From Vulcanimicrobiota bacterium (GTDB taxonomy: Bacteria; Vulcanimicrobiota; Vulcanimicrobiia; Vulcanimicrobiales; Vulcanimicrobiaceae): a stretch of 64,000 nucleotides of DNA. Under the pieces are notes generated by a model. The model was not told where the DNA came from, ran no database searches, and saw only the letters and a program-made list of their open reading frames with translations. Both the position numbers and the translations under genes were made by a program. The stretch is from positions 384,001-448,000 of the forward strand of contig OY968762.1 of NCBI GenBank assembly GCA_963695225.1, read 5' to 3'. Shown here one piece after another: positions 20,286 through 31,097 of the stretch; position 1 is the first letter of the stretch; each line of letters starts with the position of its first letter.

Positions 20286-21304
20286 GCGGATACCCGGCGC
20301 TGCTGCGCAGCTTGATGTCCCGGCAGGATCTCGACGCCGCGACGATCCGCGCCGCGATCGGCGAGATCATGGACGGCGAGTGGAGCGCGAGCCAAGCGGG
20401 TGCGTTCCTGACCGCGCTCGCGATGAAAGGCGAGACGCCGGCCGAGCTGGCCGGTGCTGCGAGCGCGATGCGCGAGCGCAGCTTACGCGTCGAGCATTCG
20501 GAACCGGTCGTGGTCGACATCGTGGGGACGGGCGGCGATTTGGCGGGGACGATCAACGTCTCGACGTGCGCCGCGTTCGTCATCGCGAGCTGCGGCCTGC
20601 CCGTCGCGAAGCACGGGAATCGAGCCGCTTCGAGCAAGTGCGGGAGCGCGGACGTCGTCGAGGCGCTCGATATCCCGCTCGATCTCGTCGGCGAACCGGC
20701 GCGCCGCGCGCTCGAGACCGGCCGGTGGGTCTTCCTGTTCGCGCAGCGCTACCATCCGGCGATGAAGGCCGTAGCGCCGACGCGGCGGGAACTCGGCGTG
20801 CGTACGGTGTTCAATCTGCTCGGGCCGCTTTCGAATCCGGCGGGCGCGACGCACTTGGTCGTCGGCGTTTCGAACCCCGCGCAAGTCTCGCTCGTCGGCG
20901 ACGCGCTTGCCGAACTCGGCGCGCAGGGTGCGGCGATCGTGCACGCGCGCAACGGGCTCGACGAGATCGCCGGGGACGTCCCGACCGACGTCTACCAGTT
21001 CGCGGCCGGCGAAGCGCGCCGCTGGACGCTCGATCCCTCCGACTACGGGATCCGCGTCCCGGTCGCCGAGATCGCGGGCGGGGAACCCGCCGAGAACGCG
21101 CGGATCCTGCGCCGCATCCTCGAGGGCGAGCGCTCGGGCCGTTCCGACGTCGTCGCGTTGAACGCGGCGCTCGCGCTGGTCGTGGCGGAGCGCGCCGAAT
21201 CGATCGAAGCGGCGTTGGAGCTGGCGCGTTCGAGCTTGCAGGGCGGCGCCGCGCTTGCCGTCTACGAAACCGCCAGACGCCCGCGGGAGGAAGCCTACGC
21301 ATGA
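20282..21304 (+). CDS. trpD: Anthranilate phosphoribosyltransferase
   Basis: DIVGTGGD, KHGNRAASSKCGSAD, RTVFNLLGPLSNP. Confidence 0.95.
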   Translation: MSGYPALLRSLMSRQDLDAATIRAAIGEIMDGEWSASQAGAFLTALAMKGETPAELAGAASAMRERSLRVEHSEPVVVDIVGTGGDLAGTINVSTCAAFVIASCGLPVAKHGNRAASSKCGSADVVEALDIPLDLVGEPARRALETGRWVFLFAQRYHPAMKAVAPTRRELGVRTVFNLLGPLSNPAGATHLVVGVSNPAQVSLVGDALAELGAQGAAIVHARNGLDEIAGDVPTDVYQFAAGEARRWTLDPSDYGIRVPVAEIAGGEPAENARILRRILEGERSGRSDVVALNAALALVVAERAESIEAALELARSSLQGGAALAVYETARRPREEAYA

Positions 21305-22098
21305 GGGACATCCTAGAGCGCCTGTTCGAAGCGAAGGCGCGCGCGCTCGCCGAAGAAGAACGGCGCGAGCCGCTCGCGGAGATTCTCGAGCGCGCAGGCC
21401 GCCGGCGCGCGGAGCGCCGCCCGTTCGCGGCCGCGCTTGCATCGCCCCCGGCGCCCGCGATCGTCGCGGAGATCAAGCGCGCCTCCCCATCGCTCGGCCT
21501 GATCGCACGCGATTTCGATCCCGGTGAGATCGCCGCGACGTACGAACGCGCGAACGTCAGCGCGATCAGCGTGCTGACGGAGGCGGATCATTTCCTCGGC
21601 GACCTCGCGTATCTCGACGTCGCGCGCGCGGCCTCGACGCGTCCGATCCTGCGCAAAGACTTCCTGTCGACGCCTTACCAAGTGGCGCAGTCGTCGGCCT
21701 ATGGAGCCGACGCGATCCTGCTGATCGTCGCGGGCCTCTCGGACGCCGCGCTCCGCAACCTCTGCGCGGAGGCCGCGCGTTTCGACCTCGACGTCCTCGT
21801 CGAAGTCCACGACGAAGCGGAACTCGAGCGGGCGCTCGCCCTCTCGCCGAAGATCGTCGGCATCAACAATCGCGATCTACGCACGTTCGAAACGGATCTC
21901 GACGTCACGGAATCGCTGTTGCCGCGCATCCCCGCCGGGGTGATCGTGATCAGCGAGAGCGGCGTGCACCGGCCCGCCGACGTTGCACGGCTGCACGCCC
22001 GCGGGGCGCACGCGTTCCTGATCGGCGAGGCACTGATGCGCTCGGAGCATCCGCAGGCGTTGATCGAAGAGCTGCGCTCCGGCGCGGCGCGGGTCTGA
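21301..22098 (+). CDS. trpC: Indole-3-glycerol phosphate synthase
   Basis: AEIKRASPS, ISVLTE, LRKDF, GINNRDL. Confidence 0.95.
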   Translation: MRDILERLFEAKARALAEEERREPLAEILERAGRRRAERRPFAAALASPPAPAIVAEIKRASPSLGLIARDFDPGEIAATYERANVSAISVLTEADHFLGDLAYLDVARAASTRPILRKDFLSTPYQVAQSSAYGADAILLIVAGLSDAALRNLCAEAARFDLDVLVEVHDEAELERALALSPKIVGINNRDLRTFETDLDVTESLLPRIPAGVIVISESGVHRPADVARLHARGAHAFLIGEALMRSEHPQALIEELRSGAARV

Positions 22099-22125
22099 GC
22101 GCGCACCGTCCGCGATTTCACGAAC

Positions 22126-22761
22126 GTGAGCCGGCGAACGCGCATCAAGTTTTGCGGCATGACGAGCGCCGCCGACGTCGTTCTCGCAGTCGAGGCCGGA
22201 GTCGACGCGGTCGGCTTCATCTTCGCCGAGAGCCCGCGCCGCGTGACGCTCGATCGCGTTCCGGAGATGCTCGCCGCCGCCCCGCCGCTCGTCACGCGCG
22301 TCGCGGTCCTCACGGAGCGCGAGGCGGCCCTCGTCCCCGAATTGCTCGGCCTCGGTTTCACGCTGCAATTCAGCGGGAACGAACCGGCGGAACTCTGCGA
22401 GCGGCTTACCGGCGGCACCCCATACGTCAAAGCGTTTCACGTCGTACCGGGCCGTGCGGATGCCGGCGATCTGCGTGCGTTCGAGGCCTATCGCAACGCG
22501 CTCTGGATGTTCGATACGTTCGCCGAGCGGGGCGGCGGTGCCGGCGTCCCGTTCGATTGGGCGCTCGTTGCCCCGCTCGCGCGGACGCGGCCGGTCGTGA
22601 TCGCCGGCGGACTCGCGGCGGAGAACGTCGGCGCCTGCGTGCGGAGCGTACGGCCGTACGCGGTAGACGTCCGGTCCGGCGTCGAACGGGGCGGGGAGAA
22701 GGACATCGAACGGATGCGCGCCTTCGTGCGCGCGGTGAGGGAAGCGGATGCAGAAGCCTGA
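22126..22761 (+). CDS. trpF: Phosphoribosylanthranilate isomerase
   Basis: [28 protein letters not shown]. Confidence 0.94.
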   Translation: MSRRTRIKFCGMTSAADVVLAVEAGVDAVGFIFAESPRRVTLDRVPEMLAAAPPLVTRVAVLTEREAALVPELLGLGFTLQFSGNEPAELCERLTGGTPYVKAFHVVPGRADAGDLRAFEAYRNALWMFDTFAERGGGAGVPFDWALVAPLARTRPVVIAGGLAAENVGACVRSVRPYAVDVRSGVERGGEKDIERMRAFVRAVREADAEA

Positions 22762-23977
22762 CGCGCTGGGATATTTCGGACGATTCGGCGGCAAGTACGT
22801 CCCCGAAGTCTTGATGGCGGCGCTCGCGGAGTTGGAATCCGCGATGGACGACGCGTTCGCCGATCCCGCGTTTTGGGCCGAGTACGACGCGATCTTGCGC
22901 GATTACGTCGGGCGTCCGTCCCCGCTGTACGAGACGGCGCGCTTCGTCGGAGCCGAAGGCGCGGCGACCGTCGCGCTCAAACGCGAAGATCTCAACCACA
23001 CGGGCGCGCACAAGATCAACAACACGGTCGGGCAAGGGCTGCTCGCCAAGCGCATGGGGAAGAAGCGGATCATCGCGGAGACGGGTGCCGGCCAGCACGG
23101 CGTCGCGACGGCGACGATCGGCGCGAAGCTCGGCATTCCCGTCGACGTCTACATGGGTGCCCGCGACGTCGAACGGCAGGCGCTCAACGTCTACGTGATG
23201 CGCCTGCTCGGCGCGACCGTGCACGCCGTCACCGGCGGAACGCAAACGCTCAAGGATGCGACGAACGAAGCGTTCCGCGAATGGGCCGCGCGCATCGAAG
23301 ACACGTTCTACGTGATCGGCAGCGTCGTCGGCGCGCATCCGTATCCGTACATGGTGCGGGAATTCCAGAAGGTGATCGGCCGGGAGGCGCGCGCGCAGTC
23401 GCTCGCGCGCTACGGGCGGCTGCCCACGGACGTCGTCGCGTGCGTCGGCGGCGGGAGCAACGCGATGGGCATATTCGCGGGATTCGCCGGCGATCCGGAC
23501 GTGAAGCTCTGGGGCGTCGAGGCGGCCGGGCACGGCCTCGCTTCCGGAGAGACTGCGGCGGCGATCGGCGCGGGGAGCGTCGGGATTTTGCACGGTTCGC
23601 GCTCGTATCTGTTGCAGACGAACGAGGGGCAGGTCTGCGAGACGCACTCGATCAGCGCGGGGCTCGATTATCCGGGCGTCGGCCCCGAGCACGCGTTCCT
23701 CAAGGAAAGCGGACGCGCAGAGTACGTTTCCGTCACGGACGACGAAGCGCTCGAAGCGTTCCACCGGTTGGCTGAAACCGAAGGGATCGTCCCCGCGCTG
23801 GAATCGGCGCACGCGCTGTTCTTCGCGCGCAAGCTCGCGCGGGAACGCGGCGGCGGCGGGCTCGTCGTCGTCTGCCTCTCCGGCCGCGGCGATAAGGATA
23901 CGTTCCAAGTCGCGGCGCACGAGGGCGGTGTCGATCTGATGAAGAGCGCGGCGGGGCTCGCCGGAGCGGCGAAATGA
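22748..23977 (+). CDS. trpB: Tryptophan synthase beta chain
   Basis: [34 protein letters not shown]. Confidence 0.97.
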   Translation: MQKPDALGYFGRFGGKYVPEVLMAALAELESAMDDAFADPAFWAEYDAILRDYVGRPSPLYETARFVGAEGAATVALKREDLNHTGAHKINNTVGQGLLAKRMGKKRIIAETGAGQHGVATATIGAKLGIPVDVYMGARDVERQALNVYVMRLLGATVHAVTGGTQTLKDATNEAFREWAARIEDTFYVIGSVVGAHPYPYMVREFQKVIGREARAQSLARYGRLPTDVVACVGGGSNAMGIFAGFAGDPDVKLWGVEAAGHGLASGETAAAIGAGSVGILHGSRSYLLQTNEGQVCETHSISAGLDYPGVGPEHAFLKESGRAEYVSVTDDEALEAFHRLAETEGIVPALESAHALFFARKLARERGGGGLVVVCLSGRGDKDTFQVAAHEGGVDLMKSAAGLAGAAK

Positions 23978-24783
23978 TCGCGAGCACTCCCGTCGCCCAA
24001 CTCTTCGCGCGCGCCCGCGGCGAAGGGCGCCCCGCGCTGATCGCCTACATCGTCGCGGGGGATCCCGATCTCGAGACGACGGAACGCGTCATCGCGGCGC
24101 TCGGAGAGGCCGGCGTCGATCTGATCGAACTCGGGATCCCCTACGGCGATCCGCTCGCGGACGGGCCCACGATCGCCGCGGCGGCGTTTCGGGCGCTCGA
24201 AGGGGGCGTTCGCATGCCCGACGTGTTCGCTTTGACCGAACGCGCGCGGCGCAGCGGCGGACCGCCGCTGCTGTTCTTCACGTACGCGAACCCGGTCGAC
24301 CGGTACGGCGTCGAGCGCTTCGCGCGCGACGCCGCCGCAAGCGGGGCCGTGGGCGCGATCGTCCCGGATATCCCGCTCGAGGAGAGTCTCGCGCTTCGCG
24401 ACGCGCTCGCCGCCAGGGGCCTCGTCCTCCCGCTGCTCGTCGCGCCGACCACGCCGCTCGAGCGCGCACGGCGGATCGTGGCCGCCTCGACGGGCTTCGT
24501 TTATGTCGTCTCGCGGCTCGGCGTGACGGGGGCCGGCCGCCGCCCGGATTTCTCGGCGACCGCCGGGCGCGTCGCCGAGCTGCGCGGTCTTGGCGACTTG
24601 CCGCTGGCGGTCGGGTTCGGAATCTCGACGCCCGAGGACGTCCGAGCCGTCGCTGCTTTTGCAGACGGCGCGATCGTGGGGAGCGCGTTGATCGACGCGT
24701 ACGCCGGCCTGCGGGGGGAAGCGGCCGCCGAGGCTGCGGGTGCATACGCACGGTCTTTGGCTTCGGCGCTCCGAATGCCGTAG
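23974..24783 (+). CDS. trpA: Tryptophan synthase alpha chain
   Basis: [29 protein letters not shown]. Confidence 0.96.
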   Translation: MIASTPVAQLFARARGEGRPALIAYIVAGDPDLETTERVIAALGEAGVDLIELGIPYGDPLADGPTIAAAAFRALEGGVRMPDVFALTERARRSGGPPLLFFTYANPVDRYGVERFARDAAASGAVGAIVPDIPLEESLALRDALAARGLVLPLLVAPTTPLERARRIVAASTGFVYVVSRLGVTGAGRRPDFSATAGRVAELRGLGDLPLAVGFGISTPEDVRAVAAFADGAIVGSALIDAYAGLRGEAAAEAAGAYARSLASALRMP

Positions 24784-24873
24784 CGAGAGGGTCCTCGGAG
24801 GCTCTGCGTCCAATCGACGAACGTCGCTTCTGCGAGCGAACGCCTTTTTCACGTCGTAACAAAGGACTTGCGT

Positions 24874-26097
24874 ATGCTTCATCGCCTTCCGGCAGCTCTG
24901 ATGGCTGCCGCGACCGCTCTGCTCGCGTTTGCGCCGGCTAGCGCCCCGGCCGCCGACGATACGATCGTCTTCGGCGCCGCCGTCGCCGCGACGGGGCGCG
25001 ACGCGCGCGAAGGTGTCCTCACTCGTGAGGGCTACGATTTCTGGAAAGATTACGTCAACGCGCACGGCGGAATCAAGGTCGGCGGGAAGACCTACAAGGT
25101 CGAGATCCGCTACGCCGACGACGAAACGAACGCGCAGACCTCGGCGAAGCTCGTCGAAAAGTTCATCGATCAGGATAAGGTCAACTTCATCCTCGGCCCG
25201 TACGGTTCGGCGACGGCGTTTGCGACCGCGGCGGTCGTCGAACGCAAGAAGATCCCGATGGTCGAAGGGAACGGCTCCTCTGAGAAGATCTTCAGCCAAG
25301 GCTTCCGCTACACGTTCGCGGTCCTCTCGCCGGCGAGGCGCTACCTCGAAGGCGTCCTCGAGATGGCGCTCAAGCAGAAGCCCCAGCCGAAGACGGTCGC
25401 GGTCGTCGCGGCGAACGATCTCTTCTCGCTCGAGGTCGCTTCCGGCGCCGCCGCGTACGCGACGGCGCACGGCCTGCAGGTCGTCTACAACAACAAGTAC
25501 CCGGCGGACACGACCGACGTCTCCGGCATCGTCAGCGGCATCAAGGCGACGAATCCCGACATCATCCTGAACGGCGGGCATCTGCAGGATGCGCTGCTGT
25601 TGCAGAAGGGCTTCAAGGAGCAGAACGTGCTCGCGAAGATCTACGCATATTCCGTCGGCCCGGACACGCCGGACTTCCGCAAGGCGCTCGGCAACGACGC
25701 GAACTACGTCCTGGGTGGAACGCAGTGGTCTCCGACTGCGAAGTACAAGGGCGCGCCCGGGTTCATCGGCAACTCGCAGGAATACGCGAAGGCCTTCGAA
25801 GCGAAGTACGGGCATGTCCCGGACTATCATAACGCCGAATCCTCCGCCGCTTGCCTCGCGTTCCAATACGCGATCGAGAAGGCCGGAACGCTCGATCCCG
25901 ACAAAGTCCGCGACGCCCTTGCGAACCTGGACGTCGTCACGTTCTACGGCTTGCTGAAGTTCGATTCGCGCGGCATCAACGTCTATAAGCCGATGGCCGT
26001 CAACCAGATCCAGAAGGGGAACCTCGTCACGGTCTGGCCGCTCGGTTCGGCGAACGCCGCGGTTGCCTACCCGGCGCCGGATTGGTCCCAGCGCTAA
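24874..26097 (+). CDS. ABC transporter substrate-binding protein (Liv/HAAT family)
   Basis: Signal peptide; NAHGGIKVGGK, ILGPYGS; heads livHMGF-like genes. Confidence 0.88.
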   Translation: MLHRLPAALMAAATALLAFAPASAPAADDTIVFGAAVAATGRDAREGVLTREGYDFWKDYVNAHGGIKVGGKTYKVEIRYADDETNAQTSAKLVEKFIDQDKVNFILGPYGSATAFATAAVVERKKIPMVEGNGSSEKIFSQGFRYTFAVLSPARRYLEGVLEMALKQKPQPKTVAVVAANDLFSLEVASGAAAYATAHGLQVVYNNKYPADTTDVSGIVSGIKATNPDIILNGGHLQDALLLQKGFKEQNVLAKIYAYSVGPDTPDFRKALGNDANYVLGGTQWSPTAKYKGAPGFIGNSQEYAKAFEAKYGHVPDYHNAESSAACLAFQYAIEKAGTLDPDKVRDALANLDVVTFYGLLKFDSRGINVYKPMAVNQIQKGNLVTVWPLGSANAAVAYPAPDWSQR

Positions 26098-26112
26098 CCC
26101 ACGCAACACGAT

Positions 26113-26153
26113 GCCGGAGTTCCGCGCCTCGAGCGCGGAACTCCGGTTTTCTT
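26113..26153 (+). terminator. Hairpin after the SBP gene (partial terminator or mRNA stabiliser)
   Basis: ccggagttccgcgc-ctcga-gcgcggaactccgg followed by ttttcttt. Confidence 0.7.
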
Positions 26154-26181
26154 TCGGGAGGGCCGCGCGATCGAACTCTTC

Positions 26182-27036
26182 TTGCAGAACCTCGTCAACG
26201 GCATCCTGGCCGGCGGCATCCTCGCCGTCGTTGCGCTCGGCTTCAGCTTGGTCTGGGGCATCATGAACATCATCAACCTCGCGCACGGCTCGTTCGTGAT
26301 GCTCGGGGCGTACGTCACGTACGTGCTGTTCACGAACTATCACGTCGACCCGTTCCTAAGCCTGCCGATCTCGTTCGCCGTCCTCTACGTCTTTGGGTAT
26401 CTCGTGCAGCGGTACGTGATCAACTTCGTCGTCCGCGCGCCGGTGCTTACGACGTTCCTGCTGACCTTCGGCCTCTCGCTGCTGTTGATCAACGCGGCGC
26501 TGCTCGTGTTCCACGGCGATTCGAAGGCGGTCACGCCTTCCTACAGCGGAGCGAACTTCGCCGTGGGACCGGTCACCGTGCCGTGGGTGAAGCTGTGGAC
26601 GCTGCTCGTCGCGCTCGCCATCACGGGCGTCATGCAGCTGTGGCTGACGCGTTCGAAGATGGGGCGCGCGATCCGCGCGACGTCGATGGATATCGGCGCG
26701 GCGCAACTGACCGGCGTGCGCGTCGCGCACGTCTACGCCGTCGTGTTCGCGCTCGGAGCGGGTCTCGCCGGCGCGGCCGGGACGCTCGTCAGCCTCTCCT
26801 ATTCGCTTAACCCCTCGATGGGCGACCCGTTCATCGTGAAGGCGTTCGTCGTCTGCGTGCTCGGCGGACTCGGCAGCGTGCAGGGCGCGCTCGTCGGCGG
26901 CCTCGTCTACGGGATCCTCGAAGCGTTCGGCTCGCAGTACATCGGCACGGGGCTGCAGGACGCAGTCGCGCTCGTCGTGCTGCTGCTCGTGCTGATCTTC
27001 CGGCCCACCGGCATCATGGGGAAGGCGACGGCGTGA
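26182..27036 (+). CDS. Branched-chain amino acid ABC permease (LivH-like)
   Basis: ALGFSLVWGIMNIINLAHG, GRAIRA, VLGGLGS; possible ATC start at 26170. Confidence 0.9.
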   Translation: MQNLVNGILAGGILAVVALGFSLVWGIMNIINLAHGSFVMLGAYVTYVLFTNYHVDPFLSLPISFAVLYVFGYLVQRYVINFVVRAPVLTTFLLTFGLSLLLINAALLVFHGDSKAVTPSYSGANFAVGPVTVPWVKLWTLLVALAITGVMQLWLTRSKMGRAIRATSMDIGAAQLTGVRVAHVYAVVFALGAGLAGAAGTLVSLSYSLNPSMGDPFIVKAFVVCVLGGLGSVQGALVGGLVYGILEAFGSQYIGTGLQDAVALVVLLLVLIFRPTGIMGKATA

Positions 27037-28004
27037 AGTCCGTCGGCCTCGGCGGCATCACCGGGAGCCCGCAGGCGTTCTGGATCTCGTGCGGGCTGCT
27101 CGTGGCCTTGCTCGGCATCCCGGCGTTGCACAACGGATATTTCGAGAACCTCGTGCGGGGCGTGCTGATGTTCGCGACGATGGCGTTGGGCTGGAACATC
27201 ATCGGCGGCTATACGGGCTACGTGAGCTTCGGGAACGTCGTCTACTTCGGGCTCGGCGCCTACACGAGCGCGTTCCTTGCGCTGCACGGGATCTATAACG
27301 TGTGGCTCGCGATCCCGCTCGCGCTCGTCGTCACGGCGGTCTTCGCGATCGTCCTCGGCTTGCCGATTTTGCGCCTGCGCGGACATTACTTCGGCATCGC
27401 GACGCTCGGGATCGCGCTTGCGACGCAGGAGATCGTCGCGAACGTCGACGCGCTCGGCGGCGGAACCGGCGCGACGTTGCGACAGTCGGAGTTCTTCTCG
27501 CAGTACTACTACGCGATGTGGCTCGTCTGTGCCGCGAGCTTGATCGCGACGTGGATCGTCGCGCGTTCGAAGCTCGGGTACGCGCTCGTCGCGATCCGGG
27601 AGAACGAGGATGCGGCGGCCGTCCTCGGCGTCGATGCGACGCGCTTCAAGATCGCCGCGTGGGCGATCAGCGGCATGATGGCCGGCGCGGCGGGCGCGGT
27701 CTTCGCGTTCGCGAACGGATTCATCGATCCGCCGACGGCGTTCGGCACGGATTACAACGTGTTCCCGATCGTGATGGCGATCCTGGGCGGCGTCGGGACC
27801 GTCGCGGGCCCGTTCGCGGGCGCGTTCCTGCTGACCGCCATCAACGAGACGCTGTGGAGCCGCTTCCCGCAGATCCACACGCTGTTCTTCGGGGCTGTGA
27901 TCGTCCTCGTCGTGCTGTTCTTGCCGCGCGGCCTGCTCTATATCGTGCAGCAGAAGGGCGGCTGGAAGCGGATGATGAGTTCGCTGCGGGCGTACCGGGT
28001 ATGA
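27033..28004 (+). CDS. Branched-chain amino acid ABC permease (LivM-like)
   Basis: GYTGYVSFG, LRLRGHYFGIATL, AIRENEDAA. Confidence 0.9.
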   Translation: MKSVGLGGITGSPQAFWISCGLLVALLGIPALHNGYFENLVRGVLMFATMALGWNIIGGYTGYVSFGNVVYFGLGAYTSAFLALHGIYNVWLAIPLALVVTAVFAIVLGLPILRLRGHYFGIATLGIALATQEIVANVDALGGGTGATLRQSEFFSQYYYAMWLVCAASLIATWIVARSKLGYALVAIRENEDAAAVLGVDATRFKIAAWAISGMMAGAAGAVFAFANGFIDPPTAFGTDYNVFPIVMAILGGVGTVAGPFAGAFLLTAINETLWSRFPQIHTLFFGAVIVLVVLFLPRGLLYIVQQKGGWKRMMSSLRAYRV

Positions 28005-28786
28005 GCGTCGAGGCCGCGAAGCCGGCGGCCTTTCTGCGCATCGTCGATGTCAGCATGCGCTTCGGCGGCCTGCAGGCGCTCGCCGACGTGACGTTCGACG
28101 TCGAGCGCGGCGCCGTGCTCGGCTTGATCGGGCCGAACGGGAGCGGGAAGACGACGATGATGAACGTCATCTCCGGCGTCTACAAGCCGAGCGGCGGGCG
28201 GGTCGAGTTCGCCGGACGCACGATCGCGGACGTCCCGACGCACGCCGTCTGCAAGCTCGGAATCGCGCGGACGTTCCAGGTCGTCAAGCCGTTCGCGAGC
28301 CTCGCGGTGCGCGAGAACGTCGCGGTCGGAAGCATGTACGGGCGCGAGGGCGGGAAGCGCTCGACGGCGCAAGCCTTCGAGCGTGCTCAAGAGTTGCTCG
28401 AGATCGTCGGTCTCGCGCGCGTCGCCGACCGGCCCGCGAGCGACCTGACGATCCCCGATCGCAAGCGCCTCGAAGTCGCCAAGGCGCTCGCGCTCGATCC
28501 CGACGTCCTCTTGCTCGACGAGGTGATGGCTGGCCTCAACGCCTCCGAGGTCGATGAGGCGATCGCCCTCTTGCGCGACGTGAACGCGCGCGGCGTCACG
28601 TTGATCGTCGTCGAGCATTTGATGAAGGCGATCATGTCGATCTCGACCGCCGTCGTGGTCTTGGCGGAGGGCCGCAAGATCGCGGAAGGCACCCCGCTCG
28701 AAGTGACGCGTCAGCCCGAAGTGATCAAAGCGTACCTTGGCTCGCGCTTCGCCGAGCGCCACGCGCGCCTAGAGGAAAACCGATGA
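28001..28786 (+). CDS. ABC ATPase (LivG-like)
   Basis: GPNGSGKTT, GIARTFQ, LLLDE. Confidence 0.92.
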   Translation: MSVEAAKPAAFLRIVDVSMRFGGLQALADVTFDVERGAVLGLIGPNGSGKTTMMNVISGVYKPSGGRVEFAGRTIADVPTHAVCKLGIARTFQVVKPFASLAVRENVAVGSMYGREGGKRSTAQAFERAQELLEIVGLARVADRPASDLTIPDRKRLEVAKALALDPDVLLLDEVMAGLNASEVDEAIALLRDVNARGVTLIVVEHLMKAIMSISTAVVVLAEGRKIAEGTPLEVTRQPEVIKAYLGSRFAERHARLEENR

Positions 28787-29517
28787 CGCAACCCGGCGGC
28801 GAGAAGTCCGGCGCCGCGCTCAGCGTCGAGCAGCTCAGTGCCGGTTACGGCGAGACGCGCGTCCTCTGGGACGTCTCGCTCGTAGTCCATCCCGGCGAGA
28901 TCGTCGCGTTGATCGGGAGTAACGGCGCCGGGAAGTCGACGCTGCTCGGCGCGATCAGCGGGCTCGTCCGCATCGAGGGCGGTCACGTCCGCTTCGGCGA
29001 ACGCGAGCTCTCGCATATCCCGGCCGATCAGGTCGTCGCCGCCGGCGTCGTCCAAGTGCCGCAGGGGCGCCGCCTGTTCAATTCGATGAGCGTCCGCGAG
29101 AATCTTCTGATGGGCGCGTTCCTGCGCGACGACAAGGAGATCGCGAGCGACTTCGAACGCGTGCTGACCGTCTTGCCGCGCCTGAAGGAGCGCATCGATT
29201 TTCTCGGCGGGCGGCTCTCGGGCGGCGAGCAACAGCAGGTCGCGATCGCGCGAGCGCTGATGGCGCGTCCGAAAGTTCTCTTGATCGACGAGATGTCGCT
29301 CGGCCTCGCGCCCGTCCTCGTCGACGCGCTGCTCGAGATCTTGCTCGAAATTCACAAGACGGGCGTCGCGATCTTGATGGTCGAGCAAGACGTCCAAACC
29401 GCCCTCGAATTCGCGCAACGCGCCTACGTCTTGGAGACCGGCCGCATCACGCTTTCCGGCCCGGCCCGGCCGATGCTCGACGATCCTCTCGTGAAGAAGG
29501 CCTACCTCGGCGTCTAA
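28783..29517 (+). CDS. ABC ATPase (LivF-like)
   Basis: GSNGAGKST, LSGGEQQ, DEMSLGLAP. Confidence 0.92.
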   Translation: MTQPGGEKSGAALSVEQLSAGYGETRVLWDVSLVVHPGEIVALIGSNGAGKSTLLGAISGLVRIEGGHVRFGERELSHIPADQVVAAGVVQVPQGRRLFNSMSVRENLLMGAFLRDDKEIASDFERVLTVLPRLKERIDFLGGRLSGGEQQQVAIARALMARPKVLLIDEMSLGLAPVLVDALLEILLEIHKTGVAILMVEQDVQTALEFAQRAYVLETGRITLSGPARPMLDDPLVKKAYLGV

Positions 29518-29583
29518 CCGGCGGCTCGGCCTGCGGCGCTCTCATCCTGAGCCCGTCGAGGGTGAGCTTTCCCCGCTTGGCCC

Positions 29584-29738
29584 GCGTCCGGAACGGGGCG
29601 GGGTTCCCCCGCGGGGACGCCCGCGATTTCGCATCCATGCGAAATCGCTACTCGTGCACTTGCCCGCTCCCGCCATCCATGGCTCCGCGGGCAAGCTGCA
29701 CGCCCCGCGGGGGAACCCCGCCCCGTTCCGGACGCTAC
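29584..29738 (-). repeat. GTAG-anchored structured repeat, copy B (inverted)
   Basis: Reverse complement aligns end to end with 15396-15549; CTAC at 29735-29738. Confidence 0.88.
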
Positions 29739-29800
29739 CATGCACTCTACGGTCGGGGTGGGTGGCTGCCGTCTGTTCTTTTACGCCAGTCCGGCGAGCG

Positions 29801-30199
29801 TTAGGTCACGGGGCCCTTGCGGGCTTCGAGCAGCTCGATGGGGATGCCGTTGGGATCCTCCACGAACGCGATCCAACGCGAGCCGCCCGGCGACTTTTTC
29901 GGCCCGCCGAGCACTTTCACGCCTTCGGCGCGCAGCTTTTCGACGAACGCCGGGAAATCGCCGTCGATCTCGATCGCGAGATGTTCGTAGCGGTTGCCGA
30001 TCTCGTACGGGGCGTGGTCCTCGAGATCGTAGACGAGCTCGATGTACGCGTTCCAGCTCTCGCCGACGAAGGCCATGTCGGCGTTCCCGGGATAGTGGAG
30101 CGGACCGTCGAGGAGTTTCAACCCGAGCTTCTCGGTGAAGAACGCGATGCTCTGAGCCATGTCGTTCACGAAGATCGATGTGTGCAGGTAACGCGACAT
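29801..30199 (-). CDS. VOC family protein (glyoxalase I-like)
   Basis: MSRYLHTSIFV, YEHLAI, FVEDPNGIPIELLE. Confidence 0.85.
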   Translation of the reverse strand: MSRYLHTSIFVNDMAQSIAFFTEKLGLKLLDGPLHYPGNADMAFVGESWNAYIELVYDLEDHAPYEIGNRYEHLAIEIDGDFPAFVEKLRAEGVKVLGGPKKSPGGSRWIAFVEDPNGIPIELLEARKGPVT

Positions 30200-30239
30200 A
30201 TCCGGAACCTCACGGGCGTGCGGGGGAGTATGCAGTTTC

Positions 30240-31088
30240 CTAGCTGCGGCCTTCAGGCTTCGCGACGGTCGGTAGCCCGTCGTGGTGCCACTCCATCCAC
30301 GAGCCGTCGTAGACGGCGACGTCCCTGAACCCCGCTTCGAGCAACGCGAGATACGAGCCCGAAGCGCCGACGCCGCTCCCGCACGAGACGATCGTGCGCT
30401 TTTCCCGATCGAGGCCGAGCGGAGCGAGGAGCTCTTCGAGGCGCTCGCGCGGTGCAATGCGGCCGCCGTTCGCGTCCTCGAGCAGACGCGAGGCCGAGAG
30501 CCGGCGCGCGTTGCGAATATCGCGGTCGCGCGTCGCGTACGTCGCATCGCGCTGCGTCTCGAGCAATTGCGCGTCGCTGCGGCCCTCCGCGACGGCCAGA
30601 ACCTCTTCGCGCGTTGCCCGCAGCTCCGGCCGGACGCGCGGCGTGAAGCGCGCAGGGCTCGGCTGCACGGCGGCCTGCGTCAGCTCGCCTCCGGCGGCGC
30701 GCCATGCGGGGAGTCCGCCGGCGAGGACGTGCACGTCATCGTGGCCGTAATAGCGGAGCATCCACACGAAGCGCGCGGCGTACGGGACGGTTCCGTCGTC
30801 ATAGGCGACGACGAGCGAGCCGTCCCCGATCCCGTGCGCGCCGAGGACGGCGGCGAACCGCTCGGGCGGCGCGACGCGGGCCGCGTACGGCGTCGCGAGG
30901 TCGTGGAGATCCTCGGCATAGTCCAGGTGCACGGCTCCGGGAAGGTGGCCCGCAGCGTATTGCGCCTTTCCGTCTTGCGCGGCCGCGTCGGCCGCGCCGT
31001 GGGGCATGCTGCGCGTGTCGACGAGCCGCAGGCGCGGATCGGCGAGGAGCGCGCGGAGCTCTGGGACCTCGATGAAGAGCGCAAGCAC
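30240..31088 (-). CDS. Tandem rhodanese sulfurtransferase (SseA-like)
   Basis: GHLPGAV, active loop CGSGVGA, VYDGSWMEW. Confidence 0.9.
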   Translation of the reverse strand: MLALFIEVPELRALLADPRLRLVDTRSMPHGAADAAAQDGKAQYAAGHLPGAVHLDYAEDLHDLATPYAARVAPPERFAAVLGAHGIGDGSLVVAYDDGTVPYAARFVWMLRYYGHDDVHVLAGGLPAWRAAGGELTQAAVQPSPARFTPRVRPELRATREEVLAVAEGRSDAQLLETQRDATYATRDRDIRNARRLSASRLLEDANGGRIAPRERLEELLAPLGLDREKRTIVSCGSGVGASGSYLALLEAGFRDVAVYDGSWMEWHHDGLPTVAKPEGRS

Positions 31089-31097
31089 GATCGCCCC

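Noticed and set aside
23668..26343. 891-aa minus-strand ORF and similar long ORFs (e.g. 30282-32360, 32496-34151, 22427-23920)
   Set aside because: Opposite-strand shadows of well-supported genes; expected in high-GC DNA.
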